A stretch of DNA of 64,000 nucleotides from an uncultured Verrucomicrobiae bacterium (GTDB lineage: Bacteria; Verrucomicrobiota; Verrucomicrobiia; Limisphaerales; CAIMTB01). The notes below the pieces were generated by a model. It saw nothing but the letters and a program-made list of their open reading frames with translations, ran no database searches and was not told where the DNA came from. Each line of letters starts with the position of its first letter. Position 1 is the first letter of the stretch. The position numbers and the translations under genes are program-made. This document shows, piece by piece, positions 10,549 through 19,210 of the stretch. The stretch lies in NCBI GenBank assembly GCA_963841495.1, contig CAWJDJ010000017.1, positions 248,896 to 312,895 on the forward strand, in the 5' to 3' direction.

Positions 10549-10661
10549 TCGTTGCCTCGACGGTCATCCCGCGCCTGCGGGACGGGGATGCTCCGGTCTC
10601 GCCGCCTCGGCCTCGCACAAAATCCCTCGTCGCAGGACCCTTCCTGATTGTAGACGGGCTC
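10549..10661 (-). mobile_element. Partial, diverged, inverted copy of the MITE at 41481-41753
   Basis: Reverse complement reads GAGCCCGTCTACAATCAGGAAGGGTCCTGCGACGAGGGATTTTGTGCGAGGCCGAGGCGGCGAGACCGGAGCATCCCCG, matching the MITE left arm; it abuts TAA at 10662-10664. Confidence 0.8.
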
Positions 10662-10872
10662 TAACCCGGATGTTTCCTATCTCTTCCACTGCGGCCTGCT
10701 GCAGGTCGCAGTGGAAGAGGAGGTTACCTTCGACATGCGTACCGCCGCTGCCGACAGGGCGTCGGAACTCGCGGATGCGGATGCGGAGCGCGGCCTTCAG
10801 GCCGCTTCAATACCCCGACGGCACGCGCGTCGAAGTTCTTGTCGGCCGACGTCCCGTCCCGTTGAAGCGGCC
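10661..10872. repeat. ~210-bp dispersed repeat containing a REP doublet (REPIN-like), truncated copy
   Basis: Closely similar to 28844-29070 (CTAACCCGGATGTTTCCT...CGGAGCGCGGCCTTCAGGCCGCTTCAA...TTGAAGCGGCC). The second REP arm is cut at 10872. Confidence 0.85.
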
Positions 10873-11483
10873 AGGTGACCGCCCAGGGCAATGGCCTTTG
10901 TCTCCGCTTTCGTCCAACTGGCGTCATTCAGAAGGAGATACTCGTGTCCATTGATGGGACTCACGATCGGGCCGGCCACGACCGCAGGCTCACCGTCAAA
11001 CACGGTTTCGACGACCCCGAACACAGCCCGTCCCGTCGGACTGTCGGCGGCGTCGTTCCAAAACCCCGGCGCATCCGACTTTGAGGAACCCAGGACCGAG
11101 TAGAATTCGAGCCCGCCCATGTTGTCGGGCGCGCCAACCTTCCAGTTCTGATAGGTTACAGGTTGCCCGCTCGCCCAGCCGAATTCGCCCCGCCTGGAGA
11201 TGGGATCACCCGCATTGTTATTCGGATCAAGATCGTACATGCCGATCCAAAGGTCCCGCGCGACGCCCCCCAATTCGCCGAACGCACCCAGGATCCAGGC
11301 CTGTTCGGTTGCTGTCTGAAGAGTCGCGAGGTGTCCGCCAAGGGCCTTGGCCTCCGTTTCCGCCGCAATCCAACTGCTGGCCTCCAGGAGATAATACATG
11401 TGGCCGTTGACCGGGCTGAGCCGGGGACCGTCAAGCACACGGGGCGGATTCGCCGCAATGACCCATCGATTCGGAATCGCCAT
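10870..11483 (-). pseudogene. C-type lectin domain protein; second lectin domain truncated at the REP repeat
   Basis: SPVNGHMYYLL..SW..AE..AKALGGHLAT...LWIG..D...WASGQPVTYQNW..GAPDN.GG.E...WND. The second copy SPINGHEYLLLNDASWTKAETKAIALGGHLA runs directly into repeat sequence. Confidence 0.75.
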
Positions 11484-11573
11484 TAACCCGAACCGTTTCG
11501 CCTTGCCAGGTGTCGTTGGCACATCCGACGCTGGCGCCCGCATCCGCACGCAGACCGGGACCCGGAGACGGAC

Positions 11574-13250
11574 ATGGCGAGATCCCTCGCGGCCCTTCAC
11601 CTTTTCAAACGGGAGCTTCTGGCAATCGGCGCGATTCTCCTGACAGGTCTCGTCTCTCTCCAGAGTTTCCCGCTCCGCATCGCGGCCGTTGATGGGCTGT
11701 TGCGGGCGCAAACAGCGCTCTTCCCTCGGCCGGTCGCCGACAGCTACGGCAGTTGCATTCTATTCCTCGATGTGAATGCCGTCGGCGACCCGAAACCCTA
11801 CTTCGCCATGATCCAACGACTGCGCCAATTGCATGCCCGCGCGGTCGTATTCGACATCGTCTTCGACAAGGACTTCTGGCAAACGCCGGCGGCCGCGCTC
11901 GCCCTCAGCAACGCGATGGCGGTTCCCAATGCGGGTGACGGCCACCCGCAGCCGCCCATGTTCGCGATTTTTGCGGCCGAAGGAGAGACGCCGTCCGGTG
12001 CCCAGGCAACGGCGACACGCGAGCGATTGCCCGCAACCAACATCCTCTCTCTTGTGGCCTCTCGCCCCGATATTCTGGCGGTTGGCCTCGCAGATCTCGG
12101 GCGTGAGAATGGCATCGTCCGACGGTTCAATTCCGATCCCGGTTATGTTCATGAACCGCTCGCAATCGCCGCGAGCCGCCTCGTCCTCCATAAGGTCATC
12201 CCCCCGGGCATTCGCTGGATTCACTACTATGGCCCTCCGGGGACTCTTCCAGGCGTCACCCTGAAGACTTCCGCCTCGGGAGAGTTGCAGTGGCCGGCGG
12301 CAGATTCACTGCCGGTCGCCGACCGGGTGGTCTTTGTCGGGCAGGCTCCGGACTCCGGATCGGATCCGCGTTCGGCCGACCTGCTTCGGACACCCCTGGC
12401 AAGGACGCTGTCCGGAGCCTCCACCGGTGTGGAGATTCATGCCACCGTCTTTGAAAACCTTGCCCGGAATGATGCCATCCGGGAATGGCCCCGCGGCGGG
12501 GAGTGGATGCTGGTCCTTGCCTTGTCGGTCCTTGCGGGTTTGCTGTTTCCCCGGTGGACGCCCCTGCGGGCCTGCGTGACGGCCACCGTGGGAGCCCTCC
12601 TGATTGCCGGGGCGGCCGTCCTGGTCTTTCGCCAGACCGCTCTCCTCCTTCCCTGGCCGGTCCTTGCCGGTCCCGTGATGCTCGCCGCGGCCGGGACCGC
12701 CCTGATCCCGTTGAAATCCGCCTTCATTTCCTATCGTCGCGCCGACGGTCTGAACGTCGCCCAGAGCATTGCCACCGAATTGCGCGCCGCCGGAGTGGAA
12801 ACCTTCCTGGATCTGCGAGATCACACCTCGGGCTCGCTCGAAGCCGTCCTCTTCCCGGAGATCGCCCGCAGGCACAACCTCCTGTTGATTCTTACCCCCG
12901 CCGTGGTCAAGCGGTGGAGACCGGAGGGCGACTGGATAGGTCTGGAACTGACGGTGGCTCGGCAACTGGGCCGACCTGTGCTGCCGGTGTTCGTCGACGG
13001 TTTTGAGGCCTTTCTCGAAGGCGAACTCGCCAGCCGCAACTCACCTTTGTCCGCGGAACTCGATCGTGTGATCCGTGAAGAAAAGCGCGCGGTTTTTCAA
13101 TCCAGCCTCACGACCGAATCCGCTGCGGCCCTGGTACGGCGGCTCCATCGGGGTGTGCGGCGGGCCAGACCCCGATGGAAACCGAGACGGGCCGCCGCTC
13201 CACTGTTGGCCGCGGAGCCCCGCGCGGAAACCACGCCTCCGGTTCGATGA
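11574..13250 (+). CDS. CHASE2 sensor domain + transmembrane helices + cytoplasmic TIR (TIR_2, SARM1-like) domain protein
   Basis: CHASE2 motifs ARAVVFDIVF, ENGIVRR, WIHYYGPPG, DRVVFVG, DLLRTP, GVEIHATVFENL. Three hydrophobic helices, then TIR: AFISYRRADG...TFLDL...NLLLILTP...DWIGLEL..A..LGRPVLPVFVDGF. Confidence 0.88.
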   Translation: MARSLAALHLFKRELLAIGAILLTGLVSLQSFPLRIAAVDGLLRAQTALFPRPVADSYGSCILFLDVNAVGDPKPYFAMIQRLRQLHARAVVFDIVFDKDFWQTPAAALALSNAMAVPNAGDGHPQPPMFAIFAAEGETPSGAQATATRERLPATNILSLVASRPDILAVGLADLGRENGIVRRFNSDPGYVHEPLAIAASRLVLHKVIPPGIRWIHYYGPPGTLPGVTLKTSASGELQWPAADSLPVADRVVFVGQAPDSGSDPRSADLLRTPLARTLSGASTGVEIHATVFENLARNDAIREWPRGGEWMLVLALSVLAGLLFPRWTPLRACVTATVGALLIAGAAVLVFRQTALLLPWPVLAGPVMLAAAGTALIPLKSAFISYRRADGLNVAQSIATELRAAGVETFLDLRDHTSGSLEAVLFPEIARRHNLLLILTPAVVKRWRPEGDWIGLELTVARQLGRPVLPVFVDGFEAFLEGELASRNSPLSAELDRVIREEKRAVFQSSLTTESAAALVRRLHRGVRRARPRWKPRRAAAPLLAAEPRAETTPPVR

Positions 13251-16200
13251 CCTTCACCCGCACGCCAGGATCTCTGATCGCACATGGCCTGGCTTCCGAC
13301 GCGCAAACCGCCGTCGCGAGACCAGGCAACACTGCGTGGGTATTCCGGTTTGCCTCGACGTGCTTCTCCCTCTCACACTTCGTGCTCGGCATCCTCCTTC
13401 TCAACGGCCCGTCCCTCCGCGCGGCGCAGACTTCGTTTCCCGCCGAGATCATTTCGATGTGGGGCCGCGTCGAGGTGTCCAGAGTCCCGGGTATCTGGGA
13501 CACCGCATCCACCAACGGCATGAGCGCCCTTCTCCGCGCCGAGGATGAGGTGCGCACTCACTTGGCATCTGGCGCCGAAATCCATATAGCATCCGCCGCA
13601 GGACTAAGCTTCGGCCGACAGGTGTGTCTCGGCCCGTTTTCGCGAGTGAAGATCCCCGCCGGGGCCGAGCCCATGGGTCTATCGGAGGGCATCTTTCATT
13701 TCTTCAGCCGGAGCTCGGCTCAATTCTGGTCCTGGGCCACCGAGAAGGTCTACGGAAGCGTGCATGGCACCGATTTCATCGTCGAGATTGGACCCGGCGG
13801 CGCGCTGCTCATTCGGGTCGCTGAAGGGAATGTCTTCGCCACCAACCGGCTCAACCCGGACAACGTCCTGCACCTGGGCGACCAGGAGGCGGGTGAATAC
13901 GATCCGGCCTCGGGCGTCCTTCGTCCTCTTCCCTACGTCGACCTCCGAATCCAGGGTCTCGCCCAGACATTTCTCTACTATCCGGGAGTCATCCACCTTC
14001 CCGAATTGGAGATGAGTCCGCCGCTGGCACAGGAGCTCGCCGCCTCCCTTGCCGCCTATGCCGCGGGCGATCTTGGCGGCGCACTCGAGTATTATCCCAG
14101 GGACCATCATCCCGGCGTGAACGCCGACAAACTCTACCTCGCAGGCCTGCTCCTGCCCGCCGATTCTGCCCGGAAGGCGCAATCCCTGCTGGACGATCTG
14201 TCGCCATCCGAACCGGGATTTCCCGAACACGCCCGCATCCGGGAGGCGCTCCGTCAACTCCTCGCCGCGGGGCGCGTCGAGGAACACCGTCGGATGCAAA
14301 GGCCTGAACTCGCCACGGAATGGCTTGCCGAATCGTACTACCAGCAGTCGCGGGCCGGCGCGAACGAGCAACTTCGCGACTGGGAGACCACCGCTTACGC
14401 CGGGTCCACCACGGCGCTCGAGCGCGCCCTCGACGCCGCGAGACTCGCCACCCCCGAGGATTCAACCTTTGGTTATGCATGGGCGCGTCGCGCGGAATTG
14501 GAGTTTGGCTTTGGCCGGATCCGCGATGCGGAGTCGCACCTGAGCATCGCGGAACACCTTCAGTCGTCGAATGCACAGGCCGCCGCGCTACGCGGCTTCC
14601 TCGCATGGGCACGGCAGGACCAGGACGCGGCCATCGCGGCGTTCCACCGCGCCGCCCGCCTCGACCCGCGTCTGGGCAACGCATGGCTGGGAATTGGCCT
14701 GACGGAACTTCACCAGGACACCTTCTTCCAAAACCTGAGGGACGGACACTGGACCGACACCTGGCGTCCTCGACCGGGCTCGGATGCCCTTCGAAAGCTC
14801 GAGATTGGCGCCGCGGTGGAACCGCAACGATCCCACCTCCGAAGTTACCTCGGAAAGGCCTACTACGATCAGAGCGGTCTTGGATGGGGTCCAAGCCTTC
14901 TCAGGACCAACGCCTACCGCCAGTTGGATCTGGCAAGCCGTCTGGATCCGAACGATCCCACGCCCTACCTTTACCTGGGCCTGATCGAACAGCAGGAGAA
15001 CCGGATCAATGAGTCGATCACCAACCTTGAGACCTCGCTCCGCCTGAATGAGAACCGCCGCGCCTTCCGATCCTCGTTTCTCCTCGACCAGGACAGCGCC
15101 GTCCGAAGTGCCAACCTCGCCGGCATCTACCAGGATGCGGGGCTCGACCTTTCCGCCCTGCAGGAGGCGGGCGCGGCGGTCACCTACGATTTCGCCAATT
15201 ACTCGGCCCATCTCTTCCTCGCCAACGCCTACAACGCGCTCCGGGATCCGCGCCTCGTCAATCTGCGGTTCGAGACGCCCACCTTTCGGGAGTATCTTCT
15301 TGCCAATCTGTTGTCGCCGGTCGGAGGCACCGCATTGTCGCCCCAGGTGTCGCAGGCCGAGTACGCACGCATGTTCCAGCGGAACCGCGCCGGTCTGACG
15401 CTGGATTCCAGCTACCAAAGCAACGGCGACTGGTCGGTGGCAGCGGCGAACTACGGTGTCTTCAACGATTTTTCCTATGCGCTGGATGGGAGTGCGCGGG
15501 AACTTCACGGGACCGAGGCCAACACGGATCTTGAACAGAGGTCCCTGTCGGTCCAAATCAAACAGCAACTCGGCTCCCGGGACACGCTGCACTTTCAGAC
15601 CACCTACGACCGGACGACGGCGGGTGATGTTCAGGCCTATTATGATCCAACCCAGGCGAACCCACTCGTGCACGTTCGAGACGAACAGGCACCCAATGTC
15701 CTCATGGGCTTCCATCGTGAGTGGTCGCCTGGAATGCATTCGATCCTGTTGCTGGGCTATCTGCGCGATGACTTCGCCCTGAACAATCCCAAGGCGAGCG
15801 TGCAGGCGCTGTTAATGGGCGGGGAACCGAACGCGGTCACCAACACCCTTGCGCGCGCCCTCAGCGCCCTGGACGTGCCCAATGGCGATCAGTTTGACGT
15901 CGCCTCCTGTTCCCGGTTCCAGGCCGTTAGTTCCGAATTCCAGCAGATCTATCAGGATTCACGTCAGAGTCTCGTCGCAGGCGTCCGCGTACAGGTCGGG
16001 TGGACGGAAGTGGACGAAGTCCTGGCCTCCGCCGGTCCGTTGGCCGCCAGGCTCCATCTCCCGGATCCCTCCAGCCGCGAACTCACCTCGGACTTCTCTC
16101 ACGTCTCAACCTACGGCTATTATGAAAGGGAACTCCTCCCTCACCTGAGGGGAACCGTCGGGCTGTCCGCGGATTGGCTCCAGTACCCGGTGAATATGGA

Positions 16201-17050
16201 CCTGCCGCCGTTCGACCCGTCCGAGGCCCGCAGGAACCAGGTTTCGCCAAAGGTCGGATTTCGGTGGACTCCCCTTCGTTCGCTGACGTTGCGCGCGGCC
16301 TACTCTCGGTCCCTCGGTGGCTTTCTCCAGGAAACCAGCGTTGGCCTCGAGCCCACCCAGGTCGCGGGGTTCAACCAGGCCTATCGGACGCTCGTCCCGG
16401 TCTCGCCCTGGGGAGCCACTCCCGGCGCAACATTCGATGTGATCGGCGCGGGGGCCGATCTCAGGCTCCTGGACGGACTCTACGCGGGGATCGCGTTTGA
16501 CCGCCTCGCCTCGGATGCCTCCCGTCCGATCGGCGTCTTCGGCGGTCGCCTCGACGAGGGTGTGCTCCCGCCCTCGCAAATCACGACCAGCGTCAACTAT
16601 GACGAGAATTCCCTCATGTTTTATCTCACCCGGCTCGTCGGCCGGGAATGGTCCTTCGGTTTGAGTTATCGCTGGAGCGAAGCCAGTCTTGACACCCGCA
16701 CGCCGCTTGTCGTGCCGGAGATCTGGAATGACATCAATCGTGATGTCAGGGCCAGGCTGCATGACCTCACCCTTTTCGGCCTTTTCAATCACTCGTCCGG
16801 ATTGTTCGCAAGGTTCGACGCCCACTGGATGCGACAGGACACCAGCGGCTATGCTCCCGCGCGCCCGGTCGAGGATTTCTGGCAGCTCAACGCCCTGGCC
16901 GGGTACCGGTTCCTCCGGCGGCGCGCCGAGATTGCCGTCGGACTGCTCAATCTGACCGATCAGGATTACCGCCTCGATCCACTCCGCATCGACTCGGACC
17001 TGCCTCGCGAGAGAACTGGGATCGTGCGATTCCGATTCAATATCGATTGA
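13247..17050 (+). CDS. FecR domain + TPR repeats + TonB-dependent-receptor-like outer membrane beta-barrel
   Basis: ATGA overlap with the upstream stop. FecR-type EDEVRTHLASGAEI...GSVHGTDFIVEI...IRVAEGNV. TPR segments (AARLDPRLGNAWLGIG, LDPNDPTPYLYLG). C-terminal amphipathic strands (SPKVGFRWTP, LRAAYSRS, LLNLTDQDY). Confidence 0.85.
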   Translation: MTFTRTPGSLIAHGLASDAQTAVARPGNTAWVFRFASTCFSLSHFVLGILLLNGPSLRAAQTSFPAEIISMWGRVEVSRVPGIWDTASTNGMSALLRAEDEVRTHLASGAEIHIASAAGLSFGRQVCLGPFSRVKIPAGAEPMGLSEGIFHFFSRSSAQFWSWATEKVYGSVHGTDFIVEIGPGGALLIRVAEGNVFATNRLNPDNVLHLGDQEAGEYDPASGVLRPLPYVDLRIQGLAQTFLYYPGVIHLPELEMSPPLAQELAASLAAYAAGDLGGALEYYPRDHHPGVNADKLYLAGLLLPADSARKAQSLLDDLSPSEPGFPEHARIREALRQLLAAGRVEEHRRMQRPELATEWLAESYYQQSRAGANEQLRDWETTAYAGSTTALERALDAARLATPEDSTFGYAWARRAELEFGFGRIRDAESHLSIAEHLQSSNAQAAALRGFLAWARQDQDAAIAAFHRAARLDPRLGNAWLGIGLTELHQDTFFQNLRDGHWTDTWRPRPGSDALRKLEIGAAVEPQRSHLRSYLGKAYYDQSGLGWGPSLLRTNAYRQLDLASRLDPNDPTPYLYLGLIEQQENRINESITNLETSLRLNENRRAFRSSFLLDQDSAVRSANLAGIYQDAGLDLSALQEAGAAVTYDFANYSAHLFLANAYNALRDPRLVNLRFETPTFREYLLANLLSPVGGTALSPQVSQAEYARMFQRNRAGLTLDSSYQSNGDWSVAAANYGVFNDFSYALDGSARELHGTEANTDLEQRSLSVQIKQQLGSRDTLHFQTTYDRTTAGDVQAYYDPTQANPLVHVRDEQAPNVLMGFHREWSPGMHSILLLGYLRDDFALNNPKASVQALLMGGEPNAVTNTLARALSALDVPNGDQFDVASCSRFQAVSSEFQQIYQDSRQSLVAGVRVQVGWTEVDEVLASAGPLAARLHLPDPSSRELTSDFSHVSTYGYYERELLPHLRGTVGLSADWLQYPVNMDLPPFDPSEARRNQVSPKVGFRWTPLRSLTLRAAYSRSLGGFLQETSVGLEPTQVAGFNQAYRTLVPVSPWGATPGATFDVIGAGADLRLLDGLYAGIAFDRLASDASRPIGVFGGRLDEGVLPPSQITTSVNYDENSLMFYLTRLVGREWSFGLSYRWSEASLDTRTPLVVPEIWNDINRDVRARLHDLTLFGLFNHSSGLFARFDAHWMRQDTSGYAPARPVEDFWQLNALAGYRFLRRRAEIAVGLLNLTDQDYRLDPLRIDSDLPRERTGIVRFRFNID

Positions 17051-17062
17051 TCGAAGGTGGAC

Positions 17063-17152
17063 GGGCCCGCAGAACACGCAGAACACGCAGAAAGAGAGAA
17101 AGAGAATCTCGATCCCTTTCCTTCTGCGTTCCTCTGCGTCTTCTGCGGGCCC
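17063..17152. repeat. Palindromic REP-like element, copy 2 (inverted relative to 10334-10409); may act as a terminator or RNA stabiliser
   Basis: GGGCCCGCAGAACACGCAGAACACGCAGAA...TTCTGCGTTCCTCTGCGTCTTCTGCGGGCCC just after the stop at 17050. Confidence 0.8.
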
Positions 17153-17398
17153 TTACCCGGTTTGTCATGGCGCGGATTTTCCCGCGCCGTGCCCGATTTT
17201 GGACACTTGCAACCCGTCTCCCGTTGGCCGTCCCCTCTTTGGGACAGGCTCTCGTTAGCATTCCAGAGGTCCCGGCCCACAACCTCGCCCCTTGCGGATT
17301 GGGCTGATTGCCCAATCTTGACGGCGGCTGTCGACAACGCTCCAAGGAGCAACGACACCGAATCGCGCCGATGCCCTGCCCGGCATCTCCATCCGTCG

Positions 17399-18193
17399 AT
17401 GAATCTGAAACTCGAAGACAAATGGGCCCTGGTGAGCGGATCGACCGCGGGGATCGGTCTGGCAATTGCCAGATCCCTGGCAGCTGAAGGTACGCGGGTT
17501 GTCGTGAACGGCCGGACCGAGGAGCGGGTCCAGGCGGCAATCACGTCCATCCGCGGCGACTTTCCGTCCTCGCGACTGGATGCCCTCGCGCTCGACTTGT
17601 CCACGTCGGATGGGGTCGCCAAAGCCACGCGTCGATTTCCGGACATCAACATCCTTGTCAACAATCTCGGCGTCTACGGTCCCAAGCCCTTCGAGGAAAT
17701 CACGGACGAAGACTGGCATTCGATCATTGAAACCAACTTCATGAGTGGGGTTCGGTTGTCCCGGGCCTATCTTCCACGCATGAAGGCCTCCCATTGGGGC
17801 CGCATCCTTTTCATCTCGAGTGAATCGGCCGTGAATATCCCCGTGGAAATGATCCACTACGGCGTCACCAAGACCATGCAGGTGGCCCTGGCCCGCGGAT
17901 TGGCAGAGACCACCGCCGGAACGGGCGTCACAGTCAATTCCATCCTGGCGGGTCCCACCCGCTCGGAAGGGGTCGCCAGGTTTATTGCGGACCTGGCGGA
18001 GAGCCGGGGCACACAGCCGGACACCGTGGAACGTGAGTTCTTCGAGACTGCCCGACCCAGTTCGCTCCTGCGCCGCTTCGCCTCCACGGAGGAGGTGGCC
18101 GCCCTGGTGACTTTTGTCGCAAGCCCGCTCTCCTCCGCCACCAACGGCGCGGCCCTGAGGGTCGAGGGCGGCCTCGTTCGGTCCATCCTGTAG
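17399..18193 (+). CDS. SDR family oxidoreductase
   Basis: MNLKLEDKWALVSGSTAGIG (GxxxGIG), ILVNNLG, YGVTK (YxxxK), VNSILAGPT. Confidence 0.92.
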   Translation: MNLKLEDKWALVSGSTAGIGLAIARSLAAEGTRVVVNGRTEERVQAAITSIRGDFPSSRLDALALDLSTSDGVAKATRRFPDINILVNNLGVYGPKPFEEITDEDWHSIIETNFMSGVRLSRAYLPRMKASHWGRILFISSESAVNIPVEMIHYGVTKTMQVALARGLAETTAGTGVTVNSILAGPTRSEGVARFIADLAESRGTQPDTVEREFFETARPSSLLRRFASTEEVAALVTFVASPLSSATNGAALRVEGGLVRSIL

Positions 18194-18211
18194 CCGTCTC
18201 CATCCCTCGCG

Positions 18212-19201
18212 ATGAAATCCGTTGAACTCGGCACCTCGGGTCTGCGCGTTTCCAAACTTGGCCTCGGCTGCATGGGCATGTCCGAGTTCTACGGCCCCCA
18301 CAACGATACCGAGTCGGTTGCCACCATTCACCGGGCGCTCGACCTCGGCGTGACGCTGCTGGACACCGCCGACATGTATGGACCGTACTCCAACGAAATC
18401 CTGGTCGGTCAGGCCATCCGCGGCCGCCGTCAGGACGTCCTCCTGGCCACGAAATTCGGGATCGTTCGAAACCTCGCGGAACCGGCCAGGCGCGGCGTCA
18501 ACGGTCGGCCCGAATATGTGCGCGAGTCCTGTGAAGGCAGCCTGCGAAGGCTCGGCGTCGACGTCATCGATCTCTACTACCAGCATCGTGTCGATCCGAA
18601 TACCCCGATTGAGGATACCGTGGGCGCCATGGCGGCGCTGGTCCAGGAAGGCAAGGTGCGTTACCTGGGTCTCTCGGAGGCAGGACCTGACACCCTCCGT
18701 CGCGCCAATGCCATCCATCCGATCTCCGCGGTGCAATCCGAATACTCGATGTGGTCGCGCGACCCGGAAGCCGACGTGCTCCCCCTCTGCCGCGATCTGG
18801 GAATTGGCTTTGTCGCCTACAGCCCGCTCGGCCGCGGATTCCTCACGGGCAGGATCACACGATTTGAGGATTTTGCCGCCGACGATTACCGCCGTCGCTC
18901 GCCCCGATTCCAGGGCGATAACTTCCAGCGGAACCTCCAACTCGTCGCCCGCGTCGAGGAGATCGCGCGCGGAAAGGGCTGCACCCCCTCTCAACTCTCC
19001 CTCGCCTGGGTGATGGCGCAGGGTGAACCCGTCGTGCCGATCTTTGGAACCAAGCGCCGCGACCATCTCGAGGACAATCTCCGCGCGCTCGACGTGCACC
19101 TGACCGGCGACGACCTCAAGGCGATCGAGGAACTCGTGCCACGCGAGGCCGTTGCCGGCGACCGATATCCGCCGGACATGATGCGCCTGGTCCATCAATA
19201 A
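18212..19201 (+). CDS. Aldo/keto reductase
   Basis: [42 protein letters not shown]. Confidence 0.95.
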   Translation: MKSVELGTSGLRVSKLGLGCMGMSEFYGPHNDTESVATIHRALDLGVTLLDTADMYGPYSNEILVGQAIRGRRQDVLLATKFGIVRNLAEPARRGVNGRPEYVRESCEGSLRRLGVDVIDLYYQHRVDPNTPIEDTVGAMAALVQEGKVRYLGLSEAGPDTLRRANAIHPISAVQSEYSMWSRDPEADVLPLCRDLGIGFVAYSPLGRGFLTGRITRFEDFAADDYRRRSPRFQGDNFQRNLQLVARVEEIARGKGCTPSQLSLAWVMAQGEPVVPIFGTKRRDHLEDNLRALDVHLTGDDLKAIEELVPREAVAGDRYPPDMMRLVHQ

Positions 19202-19210
19202 CCGGCGCGA

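Noticed and set aside
10870-11483. C-type lectin as a DGR target
   Set aside because: No reverse transcriptase or template repeat in the window; the two lectin segments are ordinary diverged domain copies.
11574-13250. Canonical Thoeris or CBASS system
   Set aside because: No ThsA-type effector or CD-NTase nearby; the NTase at 57-58 kb is distant and coupled to uvrA.
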